From Malacoraja senta (Eukaryota), in the NCBI GenBank assembly GCA_038087875.1, contig JAXLNO010000438.1, positions 1-64,000 on the forward strand: a stretch of 64,000 nt of DNA, given 5' to 3'. The notes under the pieces are model-generated. The model was not told where the DNA came from. It searched no databases and saw only the letters and a program-made list of their open reading frames with translations. A program made the translations under genes and the position numbers. Positions 1-13,450 of the stretch are shown piece after piece (position 1 is the first letter of the stretch; each line of letters starts with the position of its first letter).

Positions 1-379
1 GTCTTGGGAATTATAAACTGCCACTGGTTGCTTCAGTTTCAAAACCATGCAGACGGTATTGATTAAATATCCTGGAAATGATTTACCAGATAGTCGAGAT
101 TAGCCACAACAAAATGGAGTAAAAATACAGAGACAGCTTTCTCAGGAACTGTGTTATAAGCCACAATTAGAAAGGAACAGAAACTGGTCTGGCTGCAGCT
201 CAAACAATCATGACTGATATGATGTTTGGTCGACAGACACAGTGCAAATTTGAGTGCACAAACAGGCAGGTTCTTTGGAATGTGAAAACAGGAAGAGAGG
301 AGTTAGTATTTTTGCAGATTACGGCTTTTTCACACGGATCACTTAACATTGACGATATTCTCTCCAGGGAAGAGGCATG

Positions 380-960
380 GACCTGGTAGTGGATTGTCAG
401 TTTTTCCCACACAATGAAGAGGTGAAGAGGTTCAAGCACTGGAGTGCCCACAACGTTAAAAGTATCAAGTGTATTAGAAGTAGCAGCACATGGACCTTGC
501 ATTTTCATTTACGTACAAGCTTTGTGATTGTCCTTTCCTCGACAATCTCCTATCATGGCAAGAGGGGGAGTTGGTGTGGAGACTAGAAAGGTTGTGTGTT
601 GTGCAGGGAAGGGGTGGTTAGAAAAAGAGAAATTGAGAAATCGAATGATGTTCATGAGGCGATGTCGGGTGAGAAGATTGCAGCTCACAGTTGTGAGAAG
701 ATCATAATGGGCTGGAGACTAGATGCTGGGCCAAATGATCAGGACCAGGAAGGAAATTAGAGATTGGTCAGGGAGGAGTTTGAGGAAAAGGAGAAGTAGT
801 AAAGTTTGAATAATGGTGAGAAGGTTGAGTGAGGGATGGAAGGACCTGTTGGTGGTTGGGATAGGAGACGTCCAAGGAAGCTAGGACGACATCTGAAGGG
901 ACTGAGGTCCAGTTTTGCAGCATCTCTTTAATTTGTGAAGACATTTCCAGCTGCATTTCC
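380..960 (-). mobile_element. Possible very old Penelope-like remnant
   Basis: LASLDV resembles the PLE RT motif, and linker/GIY-like fragments follow in the expected order; heavily decayed. Confidence 0.3.
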
Positions 961-2234
961 CAGCATTGGTAAAATCTAGTATCTTCCTGAGCTTAAGCGA
1001 ACATCACAGGATATGCAGGCAAAGAGAATTTTACTTTATTCACATTTTAGATCACAGTCATAACAAATTTTATCTGTAAATGTCTGACTGTATGACTTTG
1101 CTTGCTACCAGCAATAGGATTACCAAAACAAGGGGTGTGAGGACAACCATTGAAGATTTTTAAAAAAACAGGAACTTACCAAGGAAAATCAATATACCCT
1201 GGAATAATCCACACTGTTGGACTGCATGGCAGTGGCCCAAATAGAAACAGGTCCTGTTATGCTGCTGTGGGCTTTAGCTCCCTGATTAAGATCTTGGTCT
1301 GCCATCGATGTCTGTATTCATTGTTTGCTTGGTGATAATTTTTTTTAAAGCATTAAACATGTGCTGCTCACCAATTAATGTGACCTCATTTACTCAACAG
1401 CCTTTGTACATATGCATGCCATATTCATGTTGAACAGCATGACCATTTCAGATGCACGCTCACAAATTTTTAGTAAATAGTTCCCTAATAAAATTCTACT
1501 CCATTGTGCAAAAAACTTGTGGCATTAAAAAAAAGCATTTTCAAGACTAATATTTGTTTTTGATTGTAGCTTCTCTGAAAGAATCTGGAAAAGAATCTGG
1601 AAATTTTCCATGGTAAACCAGCAGAATGTACATGCAGGAGATTAGTAAAGCATTTGAGTTGCTAGGCCTGACACTAGATCTCTTTTTGTGTACACATCAC
1701 AGTTTGTTTGAACAACTGAGGGGGTGGAGCAATTATGCTCAATGGAATTAATGATTCACATGAAGGTTCACCAACCCCTAACACATAATGTAAAAACACA
1801 TTTTCGCCTCTACGACTCAGAAGGCAAAAGAAAGCAGATTAAGCCAACTTCAAAATAGGTGAGATGTCACCTTCAGTGACTATTGAACATTTAATGTTAA
1901 CTACTAAACAGCAGTGTGTACATGATCCATCTGTGACCTCGCTGCTGTTACTGCTCTCGAAATATAATATTGTTAAAAGATTGTTGGCTTGCCTTTGACT
2001 CAATATAGCTCACTGTTAACCAGAAAGGAATTGTAAGTTGAAACCTGAATTTAAAATCTTGCAAAGGATAAAGGACAACTTGATCTTAAAAAGCTATGTT
2101 ACATCATCACACAGGCATTTTATTACTTGAATAAAACACATTTAGCAATCTGGAATTCATGCTTGTGATTTGGAAAGGTTTTCAATGTCCAGGATAGTTC
2201 TGTTAAAGTTATATTACTCACGTAAAAACACTGG

Positions 2235-3048
2235 TACAATACAATACAATACAATACCATTTATTGTCATTTGAACCTCAAATGAGGTTCAAACGAAATT
2301 TGGTTTCTGCAGTCATACAAACAAGTAAAAAGAACCAAGACACAACACAATTTACACAAACATCCATCACAGCGAATCTCCTCCTCGCTGTGATGGAAGG
2401 CAAAGTCTTATCTCTCCCCTGCACTCCCCATTCTCCTCCCGATGTCAGAGTCAGAGCCCCCGGCGGGCGATGGAAAATAAGTCCCGCGGCAATTAAAGCC
2501 GCGCCGGGCGATGCAAGGCCGCGCTCCGGGTCTTGATGTTGGAGCCCCCGGTAGCGCTAGCAAGTCATCTTCAACCCCGCAACTCGGGCGGGAGAAGTTG
2601 CCGTTGCGGAAGCCCCGAAAAGCGGTCTCCCACCAGGGACCCGCGAGCTCCCGATGTTACCGTCCACCAGACCCGTGGCTGGAGCCTCCGAATCTCCGGG
2701 GTCGGGTCACAGCCGCGCGCCACCACACCTCTCCACGCTCCGAACTCGGCCAGCTCCACGATGGTGAATAGTCCACAGGCTCCGCGACTGGAGCACCAGG
2801 TCGTTCTGGTTGGAGGCCTCTCCACGGTGCTAGGCCCCAACGACAATGGAGACCCGACAGAGAAAGGTCAGGTCCTCCATACAGGGAAGAGATTTTTTTA
2901 AGTTTCCCCCTCCCCCCCCCCCCCCCACATATACACAGTTAAAAACAATATTAAAAAACACAAACAACTACGTTTAACTAGACAAAATTTTTTTTAAAGA
3001 CAGACGGACTGCAGTCGAGCCACTGCCGTGAGGCGCCGCCACTTCCGG
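2235..3048 (-). mobile_element. Unclassified ~800-bp non-coding retroposon, (ATTGT)n tail
   Basis: Colinear with 23947-24810. Minus-strand 5' end CCGGAAGTGGCGGCGC, GC-rich core, AATAAA then microsatellite tail. Confidence 0.8.
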
Positions 3049-3419
3049 TGACAAAATCTAAACATTCTAGTTCTAAACCATGTACAAGGAGCATCATAAT
3101 GAAGACCATGTTAGTCCTGGGCCTGTCACTGTAAAATTCAGCTGAATAAATATCGTGTTTATTGGCATCAAAAATATGCTTCTCAGGTTGAGGGCAGGAG
3201 GGATGAATTTCATACAGCTGTAGACCCATTTGGGGCTTGGAGCCTGGGATCAGGGGTGGTGATCATCTAAGTAGCAGGTGGAGGGAATGGTGGTGGGAAT
3301 GGTTGGATCAGGTATGTCCCTGGAGGCAGCGGTTTGGGATTGAAGCTTCCACCAAGATCTTCATACTTTGGAGAGTTTCTGGGCCAATCAGGGGATAGAG
3401 GGCAGCTCACCAGAGCAGG

Positions 3420-3686
3420 GGAGGCACAGTGGTAGAGTTGCTGCCTTACAGCGCCAGAGACCTGGGTTTGACTCTGACTAGCAGCTTTGTTTTTACATGG
3501 TTTGTACATTCTCTGTATGACTGAGTGGGTTTTCTCCGGTTGCTCCAGTTTCCTCTCACACGCCAAAGATGTACAGGTTTGTAGATTAATTAATTGACTT
3601 CGGTAATATTGTCCCTAGTATGTAGGATAGTGTTCGTGTACAGGGTTGCAATGGACTTGGTGGGCCGAAGACCTGTTTCCGCGCTA
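3420..3686 (+). mobile_element. V-SINE (HE1-like)
   Basis: Same head, core and tail. Other partial copies: 5710-5812 (-), 15778-16008 (+), 51322-51548 (+), 63072-63263 (+). Confidence 0.85.
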
Positions 3687-3765
3687 AATGGGACATATAA
3701 GGGTGAAAAGAAGCTTGGAGACTTAGGTGCTTGAAGGTTTAAGCGGAGATGGCAAAGGAGATTGC

Positions 3766-3972
3766 GAAGATAGGAACTGCAGATGTTGGTTTATTCCGAA
3801 GATAGACACAAAGTTCTGGAGGAACTCAGCGGGTCAGGCAGCATCTCTAGAGAAAAGGATGGGTGACATTTTGGGTCGGGACCCTTCTTCTGATTTTCTG
3901 AAGAAGGGTCTGAGGAACGGTCTCGACCCGAAACATCACCCATCCTTTTTTTCCAGAGATGCTGCCTGACCT
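3766..3972. mobile_element. Inverted pair of Penelope-type cassettes
   Basis: Minus copy 3766-3895 abuts plus copy 3896-3972; hammerhead-like core at 3906-3941. Confidence 0.75.
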
Positions 3973-5934
3973 GGCGTTGGAGATTTATGGGTGAAAGAGT
4001 TCAGACCAGCAGGAAATTGGGCACCCAAGGAAGATTATTGCATTGAGTGTGGATTTGGGGCGTCAGGGAATCAGAGGGCAGGGAAAGGAGGTTGTGGGGT
4101 TGACAGCAATGTCATTGGAGCATGCTGAGAGAAGGCTGAGAGAAACAGACCTGCCTCGATGGGGTCTCAGTCTAATAGTGTGAAGACCCTCTACTGGACC
4201 AGATGATCAGATTTGTACCATAGTGCTCCATTGCTGCAGCAAAGTGGCCCACACCAGGAAGGGCTCAGCTGAACTTCAGAAGCACCAAATGGCTGGGCAA
4301 TGCTTATTAAATCACATAGAAGAACAAAGAAGGGAAGAGATTGAACTTTTTTTTGCCTTCCATCACAGTGAGGAATGTGGAGGAGCCACTATGGTGGATG
4401 TTTATGTTAAAATGTATTTTGTGTGTCTTGTTGCTTTTTATTGGTATGACTGTATGGCAAATCAAATTCCTCGTATGTTGCAAAACATTCTTGGCTAATA
4501 AAGTATGATTATGATTATGATTATCAATTGAATAGTACTGAAATAAACAGTGCTGTATGATCTAATTTCTTAGCACATTTATTTTGAACAAAGATGTAAT
4601 CCCTGAATAGAACTAAAATAGATCCTGAAATATATCCTATTGTGATTAATTATCTGTACTTTACACATGATAGGTGTGGATGTTCTTCTACAATTTAGAG
4701 GTTCAACTATTTCTTATCTGCAGTATATTCTAATATTCAATTCTTTTTCAATTAGATTTAATCTAATTTGTTCAGCAGAATTTACAACGTGTGAATTATC
4801 AAATTGCAAGGCATTATCTTCCCATTATGTGGAGAGATCTTCAGGCACAAAGAAATCACACTAAAATTAATGTAAAATTGTCTTGAGACTGTTGAGGACT
4901 TAAATAAACTATTGTAAATGTGCATTTCTAATGGCCGTAAATTGAATGTTAGCACATGAGCCTTACGCTGATATCTACACTGTGAAATCACTTTTTTTTA
5001 TAAACCAATAAAGCAGCTGATTTACTTTGGCAATGGATATCCTTTTAGCAGCAAAGAAAAACCACAATAGAAATAACACTGGTTTTCTTTCATAAGCTAT
5101 GTGACCTAATTTATTAAAAATAAATATAATTTGAGACATAATGAGTGTAGCATATTAATATGATTCCTGAATTTGGACCATGCCTAGTAATTCAAATGTC
5201 ACCAGTATTCATTGAATTGCCTAATCTACTGTGGTTCAGAAATATTATCAACTCTTTGAAAACTGGCAAGCAAGTTGAAGACAAATGTTTTTTCATGATA
5301 ATCCATTGGCGTTACTTATGCCATTGATAATCTGGATTTTACAATCCAATTTCTATTTTATAGATTGAGAATAGAGCAGTACAGTAAATGAGCAGTAGGT
5401 GAGACATAACTATTCTAAAGGCTCACAGCAACTGATCTATTTTACAGTAAAGTCTATTTACCCAACAGCACATATTAAACTTCAGCAAATCATCCTCAGA
5501 AAAAAAAAATTAAAAGAGCTTCTTAATAACAATAAGCTATTCCTGTTTTTTGTTATAATCTGTTATAAAAGCAGAATGATTTCCCCAATAAAATAAGTGG
5601 AGAATAGCTACCTAAAATAAAATTATTAATTCTTCCCAAGATTACAATGATTGCAAAAGTAGGATGTGCATTAAATCAACTTCAATCCCAAAGAATGGTA
5701 AAGCACAGGAATAAACTCCATACAGACAGTACCCGTATTCGAGATCGAACCCCGGGTCCCTGGCACTGCAAGCACTGTAAGGCAGCAACTCTACTGCTGC
5801 GCCACCGTACCTCCCATCTGGAAGCCATTATTGAGCCAGATACAACTTTGTATGATAATCCAATATACCTTCATGTTTACTGTTCCAAGATTAGCTTTTA
5901 TTTTAAATTCAAAATTTAATTACTATTTAATACT

Positions 5935-6672
5935 TATTTAATCCAGACAAGTGCGAGGTGGTGCATTTTGAAAGGTCAAAAGTAATGGAAAAGTATAGTT
6001 AACTGCAGGAACCTTAATAACATTGATGTACAGAGAGATCTTGGCGTCTAAGTCCAAAGCTCCCTGAAAGAGAGATATGAGTGGTAAAGAGGACATATGA
6101 TATGCTTCATTGGTCAGGGCATTGTGTATAAGAGTCAGGAAGTCATGTTGCAGCTTTATAAAACTTTGGTTAGGCCCCATTTGGAGTATTGTGTACAGTT
6201 CTGGTCACCCCATTGCAGGAAGGCTTTGAAGAGGGTGAGGAAGAGGTTTACCAGTACATTACCGAATAGAGGGTTTTCGTTATGAGAGGTTGGAAATAAA
6301 TTTATTCTATGGAGTGTCAGAGGCTGAAGGGAGACCTGATGGAAGTTAAATTAATTAGGAAGGGCATTTATAGTGGAGACAATCAGGACATTTTTCAAAT
6401 GCAGTAGTGCATAGCTTTGAGATCAGAGTGAAATGTGCAAAGGAGATATAGGGGGCAAGTTTTATTCTTCACTGACAGAGGTGGGTACTTAGGGCAAGCT
6501 GTCAGAGTGGTTGTTGAAACAGTGGTGCTTAAGAGGCGTTTAGATGGGCACATAAATATGCAGGGTCTGAAGCGGATATGGATCATGTGCAGACAGAAAA
6601 AAAAAGTTTATTTCAGCATCATAGTCGACACAAACATTTTGGGCTGAAGGGCCTTTTCCATGTTGCACTATT
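5935..6672 (+). mobile_element. Older CR1-clade LINE remnant
   Basis: ORF 6097-6285 FIGQGIVYKSQEVMLQLYKTLVRPHLEYCVQFWSP; 3' end GGGCTGAAGGGCCT. Confidence 0.85.
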
Positions 6673-7525
6673 CTTTGTTAATTACTTGAATTTAAGTTCC
6701 CCCATTGCCATAGTGGGATACAACCTTTTGGTCACAGGAGCAAAATTCTGGTTTCTTGTCCAGAAAGTAGCTGACCCATTATACTCCCCTCAATGCATTT
6801 TCCATGCATGAATGACACAAAAATTACCTATCATCCTTACTCTGGCCAGAAATATAGATGTCCTATCAGCATCCAAAGTTCATAATGGACATTAAAATGG
6901 GTGAAATACCATAATTGTTCGTGAAGAAGGACTGAACATTGGTGTTATTCATTGAAAGAGCACAGCTAATGAAGCAACAGAACCAAATGAAATATTTCTA
7001 TGAACAATGTGCCTTAGAAAGCAGGAATGGATTCATTACATTTCATTTACAAGGCCGAATATCAATAGAAGCTCAGCTTCCTGGTTGCCTCTTCCACTTG
7101 CTTCTTCAGTAAATTTCATAGCAATGAAAGGCCAAGGGATAAATTATTTTTGCTTTCATTTCATTTCCCACAATAATAGTCCGAGGAAGGATTTCTATTT
7201 ACAGATTAAAGTCTCCAAAGTAAAAAGGGGGAAATATTTTTGACAAAGTTAATTCAAATTAAAGTCATAAGCCTTTATGTCAAAACATTGGAATGAAGTA
7301 ATTCTTAGCATCAGCCTTACTTGGCTGCTGCTGAAATTCTGCTTTTGATGAGACATAGACATGGACTGGCTGAATCTATGGCTTCTGGCATCTCCCTAAC
7401 TTAAATTTATTGTTTGTCCACAGGCAATATCCCAGGCATATCTTAATCCTCAGTGAATTTAAATAAAATTTAAGACAGATCTTAAAATTTGGCGTATTCC
7501 AAAATCCAGAAAGAGATATTTTCTG

Positions 7526-7622
7526 GTAGACACAAAACGCTGGAGTAACTCAGCGGGACAGGCAGCATCTCTGGGGAGAAGGAATGGATGATGTTTCGGG
7601 TCGACACCCTTCTTCAGACTGA
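7526..7622 (-). ncRNA. Penelope-type cassette with putative hammerhead core (7587-7620)
   Basis: AGT CTGAAGA A GGGT GTCG ACCC GAAA CA TC; core boxes intact. Confidence 0.55.
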
Positions 7623-7726
7623 GTGCAACCAAATTTCAAGGTTTATGTCTTCAAAGGCATAAACCTCAAAATTTATTTGCGAAGAACAGAAAATATCTGT
7701 TTCTGAATTTTTGAATATGCCAAGAA

Positions 7727-8030
7727 GGGCGATACAGTGGCACAGTGGAAGGGTTGCTGCCTTCCAGCGCTAGAGACCCAGGTTTGATCCCGACTACCGG
7801 TGCAGTCTGTACTGAGTTTATACGTTCTCCCTGTGACTGCATGGATTTTCTCTAAGCACTCCAGGTTCCTCCCACACTCCAAAAACGTACAGGTTTGTAG
7901 GCTAATTGGCTTCAGTGAAAAATGTAAAGAAATTATCCCTAGTGTGTAGGATAGTGTTAGTGTATGGGACTAGCACGGGTTCAGCACGGACTTGGTGGGC
8001 TGAAGGGTCTGTTTTCACGCTGTATCCCCA
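7727..8030 (+). mobile_element. V-SINE (HE1-like)
   Basis: Same head, core and tail as the other copies. Confidence 0.85.
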
Positions 8031-8109
8031 AAGTCAAAAATCTTTGAAAGAAACAGAACATATATTTCCAGAGAAAGTTTTAATCAATTATTCTTAGTTC
8101 TGAAGGATT

Positions 8110-8439
8110 AGACCCCTTCTCCCATCATCCTCATATGCAGCTCCTCTAACCTCGTCTACTGCATGCAGTGTTCCCAACGTGGTGCCCTGTACCTCAGCGT
8201 GCCGAAACATAGATTTGCCAACCGTTTCGCCGAACTCTTGCACTAAGTCCGCCAAGGCCCACTGGACCGCTCGGTTGCTAACCATTTTAACTCCCCATCC
8301 CATTACCATACTAACCTTTCCGTCCTGGGCCTCCTCCACTGCTATAGTGAGGCCACATGCAAACTCAAGAAATAGCACCACGTATTCGGCTTGGGTAGCT
8401 TACAACGGTATGACCATTGAATTCTCCAATTTTAGGTAG
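8110..8439 (+). mobile_element. Penelope-like element, GIY-YIG endonuclease remnant
   Basis: Degenerate CSSSNLVYC..C..CG.LY....RF.E.L...VANHFNSPSH...LSVLGLLHC...GMTIEFSNFR*. Related pieces at 9170-9240 and 30965-31145. Confidence 0.8.
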
Positions 8440-10424
8440 CCTCTAACAAATCCTCCTCCTCTTCCTCAGCACTCTTTCCAAAGCTTCCAGTAATGGGGCG
8501 ACCAGAACTGCAGCCAAAATGCGGCCAAACCAAAGTCCTAAAAGCTGCTTCATGACTTCCTGACTCTTATACTTAAGCCCCAACCTCTGAAGGCAAGCGT
8601 CGCATATGGTCCACCCAAAACATCACCCATCCATGAGTTACTGCAGGACTTTGTGTTCTTCTGCGTGATCCACAGTCACCGTTGACCTTGACATTTCTAA
8701 TGCTCTCCTTCCCCGCCTCCCCTGCTGTAAGTGACACAAAACATCATTCAGCCACCCTGCCATTATTACCTTTTAACCTTATTCTGCTGATCTTTGGTGG
8801 CACAGACCTGCTTACCCACTGTAATAACGTGTCACTCAGCTTTTAGGTTCCCTCTTCTTGTGCTGTGTCAATGCTCATATTCTTTGCTCCAATGTGCAAC
8901 ACTTCCTTCCAACCATATAGTGATTGGCAAATAACTTCTAACCACTCCAGACTTTCTGAAGTAGCTCCAATCTGCCACTCTTGTCCCCAACATTGAAAGT
9001 TTTTAAAATACATTTCTACTCCAATCATTCCCTTCAACTCTTGCTGGATGCCTGTTTTCCACCCATCTGAAGCATCTTACAATGTTTTGTTGTGTCAAAG
9101 GACCTTTCCAAGGTCAAGTTAGTCATGTTTAATCTGGCACTACAAAACACAAAGCATTTAAATAGTTTTGTTCAACCACCAATTTTAACTCCCATTACCA
9201 TACTAACATTTCCGTCCTGGGCCTCCTCCACTACTATAATTGCTATGGACCAATTCGTGGGTCATTTTAGACCTGACTTTTCAAGATTATGAAAAAATGC
9301 AAAGAAGGATTTAGGGACTGAAATCAGGAAATGAGGATTAGACCTTGCTAAAACATTAACATATAAAGCATAACAGTCTTACTAGATCCGAACGGTCTTC
9401 ATAGTCCTACGAACACAATATTCTTGCACTGTATAGTGTAACATGTTTACAGTGTTGCACACAATTTGTAAAGGCACTATTATCTCTTTACCATAAAGAT
9501 ATGTTGTGAATCCTGCTTATAATCAAGTTCAGTCTGCCAGATAAATTTACATCATGTGCTCTGTCGTATTAAGCTGACTGAATAATTAATCATAATGAAA
9601 AAGAGTCACATACTGGAGTTTAAGAACCATTACACAGACAGAAGAAAACAATTTAAAATTAAATAGAGATCCTGCCAGGAGCAGATATTTGAAAGATGAA
9701 GAGCTTATTAAATTTCAAGTTATTGACCTCATGATTCATACTTAAGTAAAATGGTATCTATCGGTGGATTGTCAGTTACATACAGATTAAGCAAGAAAAC
9801 CTCTAAAAAATTGTAAATCAAAAGTTGATAAGGATTTATAAAACACTCAATCCTGAGACAGTCAGACTAACCTATTAATAAAGGAAGAGATTTAGGCATG
9901 TCCTAGAGTCCAAATGTACAACAATTTATTGATATTAAAGTCTGATGTCAAAAGAACATTATTCCATTCAATTTTGATGAGCTATCCGTTGCAAAAGAAT
10001 ATTTCATCCTTTAGTGGATTTAGATGAAAATGACTTTTGAACTGAATGAAATTCATAGAAAGCTTGCTTGCACCATCTGCTGCTGGCTTTCAAAAATTAC
10101 CATTTTGATACTGGAAAAATATTTAAGGAGTTTTAAATTGTATTGATCTTTTTGAAACTGTTTGGTCTCTAACATTCTCATCATTTATTGTCCTCATTAG
10201 TTTCCAGTCAAGTGGACTGTTGGCAGTCAGCCTTTTATTATTGGCATCCTAACCTGAAATCCAAGAGATAAAACAAGGACAAACCATGTGTAAAACTACT
10301 TCTCATTAATTTCTTAATCTCCATTTAACATCTTTATCCAGCACTGTAGCCGGCTTCAACAATATTGATGCATGCCAGACTGATAAACTAATGCAATATA
10401 AAGCAGCGTTGACCAAGAATAAAT

Positions 10425-11451
10425 TATATATTACTAAAACTCTCATCTTATTTGTTTGTGAGCGTGTATGTGCGTTCTGGAAACTACACCAAAACGGTAC
10501 ACGATAGCGCTACAATTTTGGCCCATCTTACTCACCATTGTCCTGTGATGTGCTGTAGCAAGTTTAGTTCAGAATTATGTTATATTTTCCAAGTTATTGA
10601 CATTTTAAACTATAAAAAAACACTTTTCCATTTGCCCTGCCCATCAGCTGCGTTCGACGACACAATGACGTCACAATGGGATCCCGAATCTCATTTCCAT
10701 TAAAAAATGTGATTTTCAACAAAAAAAAATGTTTTAAACAAATTCTTCCGTTTTCATTCACAATGAGATCCCTAATCTCATTCACATAAAAAGTCGCGAT
10801 TTTCAAAAAAACAGATTTAATCAAAATCTTGGGGGGAGTTCATTTAAAAAGAAGCATCGCAATTTTCATTGTGGGGGTGTGGAATAGGGGGGAGCTGAGG
10901 AGTGGGGAGCAGTGGGATAGAGGGAGAGGAGGGGGGTAGGAAGGGGAGAGGGAGGGGAAAGTGAGGGAGGTGAGGAGGGAGAGTGGAGAGGGGAGTGGGG
11001 GAGGTAGGGAGTGGGGGATAGAGGGAGAGGAGGCCAGTGGGGAGGTGAGGAGGGAGAGTGGGATGTGGGATAGGGGGGAGGTGAGGAGTGGGGAAGCAGG
11101 GAGATAGAGGGAGAGGAGGGGTGTAGGGAGGGGAGAGCGGTTATGGAGGGAAGGAGGGAGTGACTGGGGGTAGGGGAAGGAGAGGGAGGGAGAGGAGGGA
11201 GTGGGTGAGGGGAGGAGGAGAGGGGAAAGAAGAGGGATGGTGAAGAGGAGGAGGAGAGAGTGCTGAGGGGTGAGCGGGAATGGAGGTGGATAGGGGTAGG
11301 AAGAGGGATGGTGAGGCGCAGTTGATGGAGGGTTGTCGTGATCTCTGGCATCACAACGGGAACCCATCAGCCGTACCCGCACAGTTGGGACTATGGGTCA
11401 GTGGTGAAATATTGTCTTGGGGGGGCCCCAATGGGTCTGCACCTGGTTTAG
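10425..11451 (+). mobile_element. Probable non-autonomous Helitron-like element with internal polypurine tract
   Basis: Starts TATATATTACTAAAA followed by a TTTG-type microsatellite. Ends with a short GC palindrome then ..GGTTTAG|T (degenerate CTAG). No TIR or TSD seen; termini are imperfect. Confidence 0.45.
10870..11325 (+). repeat. Low-complexity GA-rich polypurine tract
   Basis: About 450 nt that are almost all G/A on the plus strand, with recurring GGGGAGGTGAGGAG/GGATAGAGGGAGAGG units. Confidence 0.9.
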
Positions 11452-11650
11452 TAATTTTCTAAAAGCAAAAATAATTCAGATGTTAGAAATCCACAATAAA
11501 AAATAGAAGTTGGAATACTCATCAGGTTGAGACAGCATCTGTAGAGGAAGGAACAGTAATATTCCAGGTTGATGAAATACATATTATTTTTTTAATGGAC
11601 TGAATTGTGATCATAATTGATACCTCAAAATATGATTATGATTGTTGTCA

Positions 11651-12891
11651 AAGTCAGCATGGATTTATGAAAGGGAAATCTTGCTTGACTAATCTTCAGA
11701 ATTTTTTTGAGGATGTAACAAGTAGAATGGATAAGGGAGCGCCAGTAAATGTGGTGTATCTGGACTTTCAAAAAGCCTTTGGTATTGGGGGTAGGGTATT
11801 GTCATGGATAGAGAACTGGTTGGCAGACAGGAAGCAAAGAATAGGAATTAACGGGTCCTTTTCAGAATGGCAGGCAGTGACTAGTGGGGTGCCGCAAGGC
11901 TCAGTGCTGGGACCCCAGTTATTTACAATATATATTAACGATTTAGATGAGGGAAATAAATGTGACATCTCCAAGTTTGCGGATGACACAAAGCTGGGTG
12001 GCAGTGTGAGCTGCGATGAGGATGCTATGAGTGACTTGGACAGGTTGGGTGAGTGGGCAGATGCATGGCAGTTGCAGTATAATGTGGATAAATGAGAGGT
12101 TATCCACTTTGGTGGCAAGAACAGGAAGGCAGATTATTATCTTAATCATGTCAGATTAGGAAAAGGGGAGGTGCAACGAGACCTGGATGTGCTTGTGCAT
12201 CAGTCACTGAAAATAAGCATGCAGGTACAGCAGGCAGTGAAGAAAGCTAATGGCATGTTGGCCTTCATTGCAAGAGGATTTGAGTTTAGGAGCAAGGAGG
12301 TTCTACTGCAGTTGTACAGGGCCTTGGTGAGACGGCACCTGTTGTATTGTGTGCAATTTTGGTCTGCTAATTTGAGGAATGACATTACTGTTATTGAGGG
12401 AGTGCAGCATAGGTTCACCAGGTTAATTTCCGGGATGGCGGGACTGACATATGATGAAAGAATGCGTCGACAGTGCTTGTATTCACTGGAATTTAGAAGG
12501 ATGAGAGGTAATCTTATAGAAACATATAAAATTCTTAAAGGATTGGACAGGCTAGATGCAGGAAACATGTTCCCAGTGTTGGGGGAGTCCAGAACCAGGG
12601 GTCTCAGTTTAAGAATAAGGGGTAAGCCACTGAGGACTGAGATGAGGAAAAACATCTTCACGCAGAGAGATGTGAATCTGTGGAATTCTCTGCCACAGAG
12701 GGCAGTGGAGGCGAATTCACTGGATGTTTTCAAGAGAGAGTTAGATTTAGCTCTTAGGGCTAAAGGAATCTAGGGTTATGTGGAAAAAGCAGGAACGGGG
12801 TACCGATTTTAGATGATCAGCCATGATCATATTGAATGGTAGTGCTGGCTCAAAGGGCCGAATGGCCTACTTCTGCACCTATTTTTCAATG
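11651..12891 (+). mobile_element. CR1-clade LINE, 5'-truncated (RT to 3' UTR)
   Basis: SQHGFMKGKSCLTNL, YLDFQKAF, SGVPQGSVLGP, KFADDTKL, RGNLIETYKI; CR1 3' UTR; contains stops and deletions. Confidence 0.95.
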
Positions 12892-13037
12892 CTTTTGTAG
12901 ACTAATCATTGTAGCCTGCTGAATTTTCTAAGGATTGTTCGCTCACACAAACTTTAGCTGATTTATCATTGTCCCAAGGCATGGTAAGACATTATATCAA
13001 TGCATCTGCAATGTTTAACTATGTTCATAATTTCTCT

Positions 13038-13180
13038 AAAGGTAGGCACAAAATGCTGGAGTAACTCAGCGAGTCAGGCAACATCTCTGGAGAAAAGGAA
13101 TAGGTGACTTTTCGGATCGAGACCTTTCTTCAGACTGAGAGTCAGGGGAGAGGGAAACTAGAGGTATGAAAAGGTACAGA
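13038..13180 (-). mobile_element. Penelope-type cassette with hammerhead-like core (13103-13136)
   Basis: AGT CTGAAGA A AGGTC TC GATCC GAAA AG TC ACC, followed by the family sequence GAGATG.TGCC..GCTGAGTTACTCCAGCATTTTGTG. Confidence 0.7.
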
Positions 13181-13450
13181 TCAGAGCCGAATCTAGTTCT
13201 GAATTGGTCAGCATTCATATCTTGGGGAACCTGTTTAACATCCAGACCTTGATGCACATTATGGTTAACATTCATAATACAAGGCAATCTCAGTGAGAGA
13301 TTTGCACTGCATTTCTCTAATGCGTCACATGTTTCCCAACAGAAAATTGTGATCATCTTGAAGGAGAAGAAGAGACATGTTTATTCAATTGATGACACTT
13401 TGATTGAACAATGTGATCTGGCCCTGATCAGTCAATTAATTAGATAGGGT

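Noticed and set aside
2264..2901. Overlapping GC-rich ORFs here and at 24165-24928 and 36303-37057
   Set aside because: They lie in a dispersed repeat, frames are not preserved between copies and no domain is recognisable; open frames are expected at this GC content.
10840..11382. 162-180-aa Pro/Ser/Leu-rich ORFs
   Set aside because: Translation of a low-complexity pyrimidine strand.
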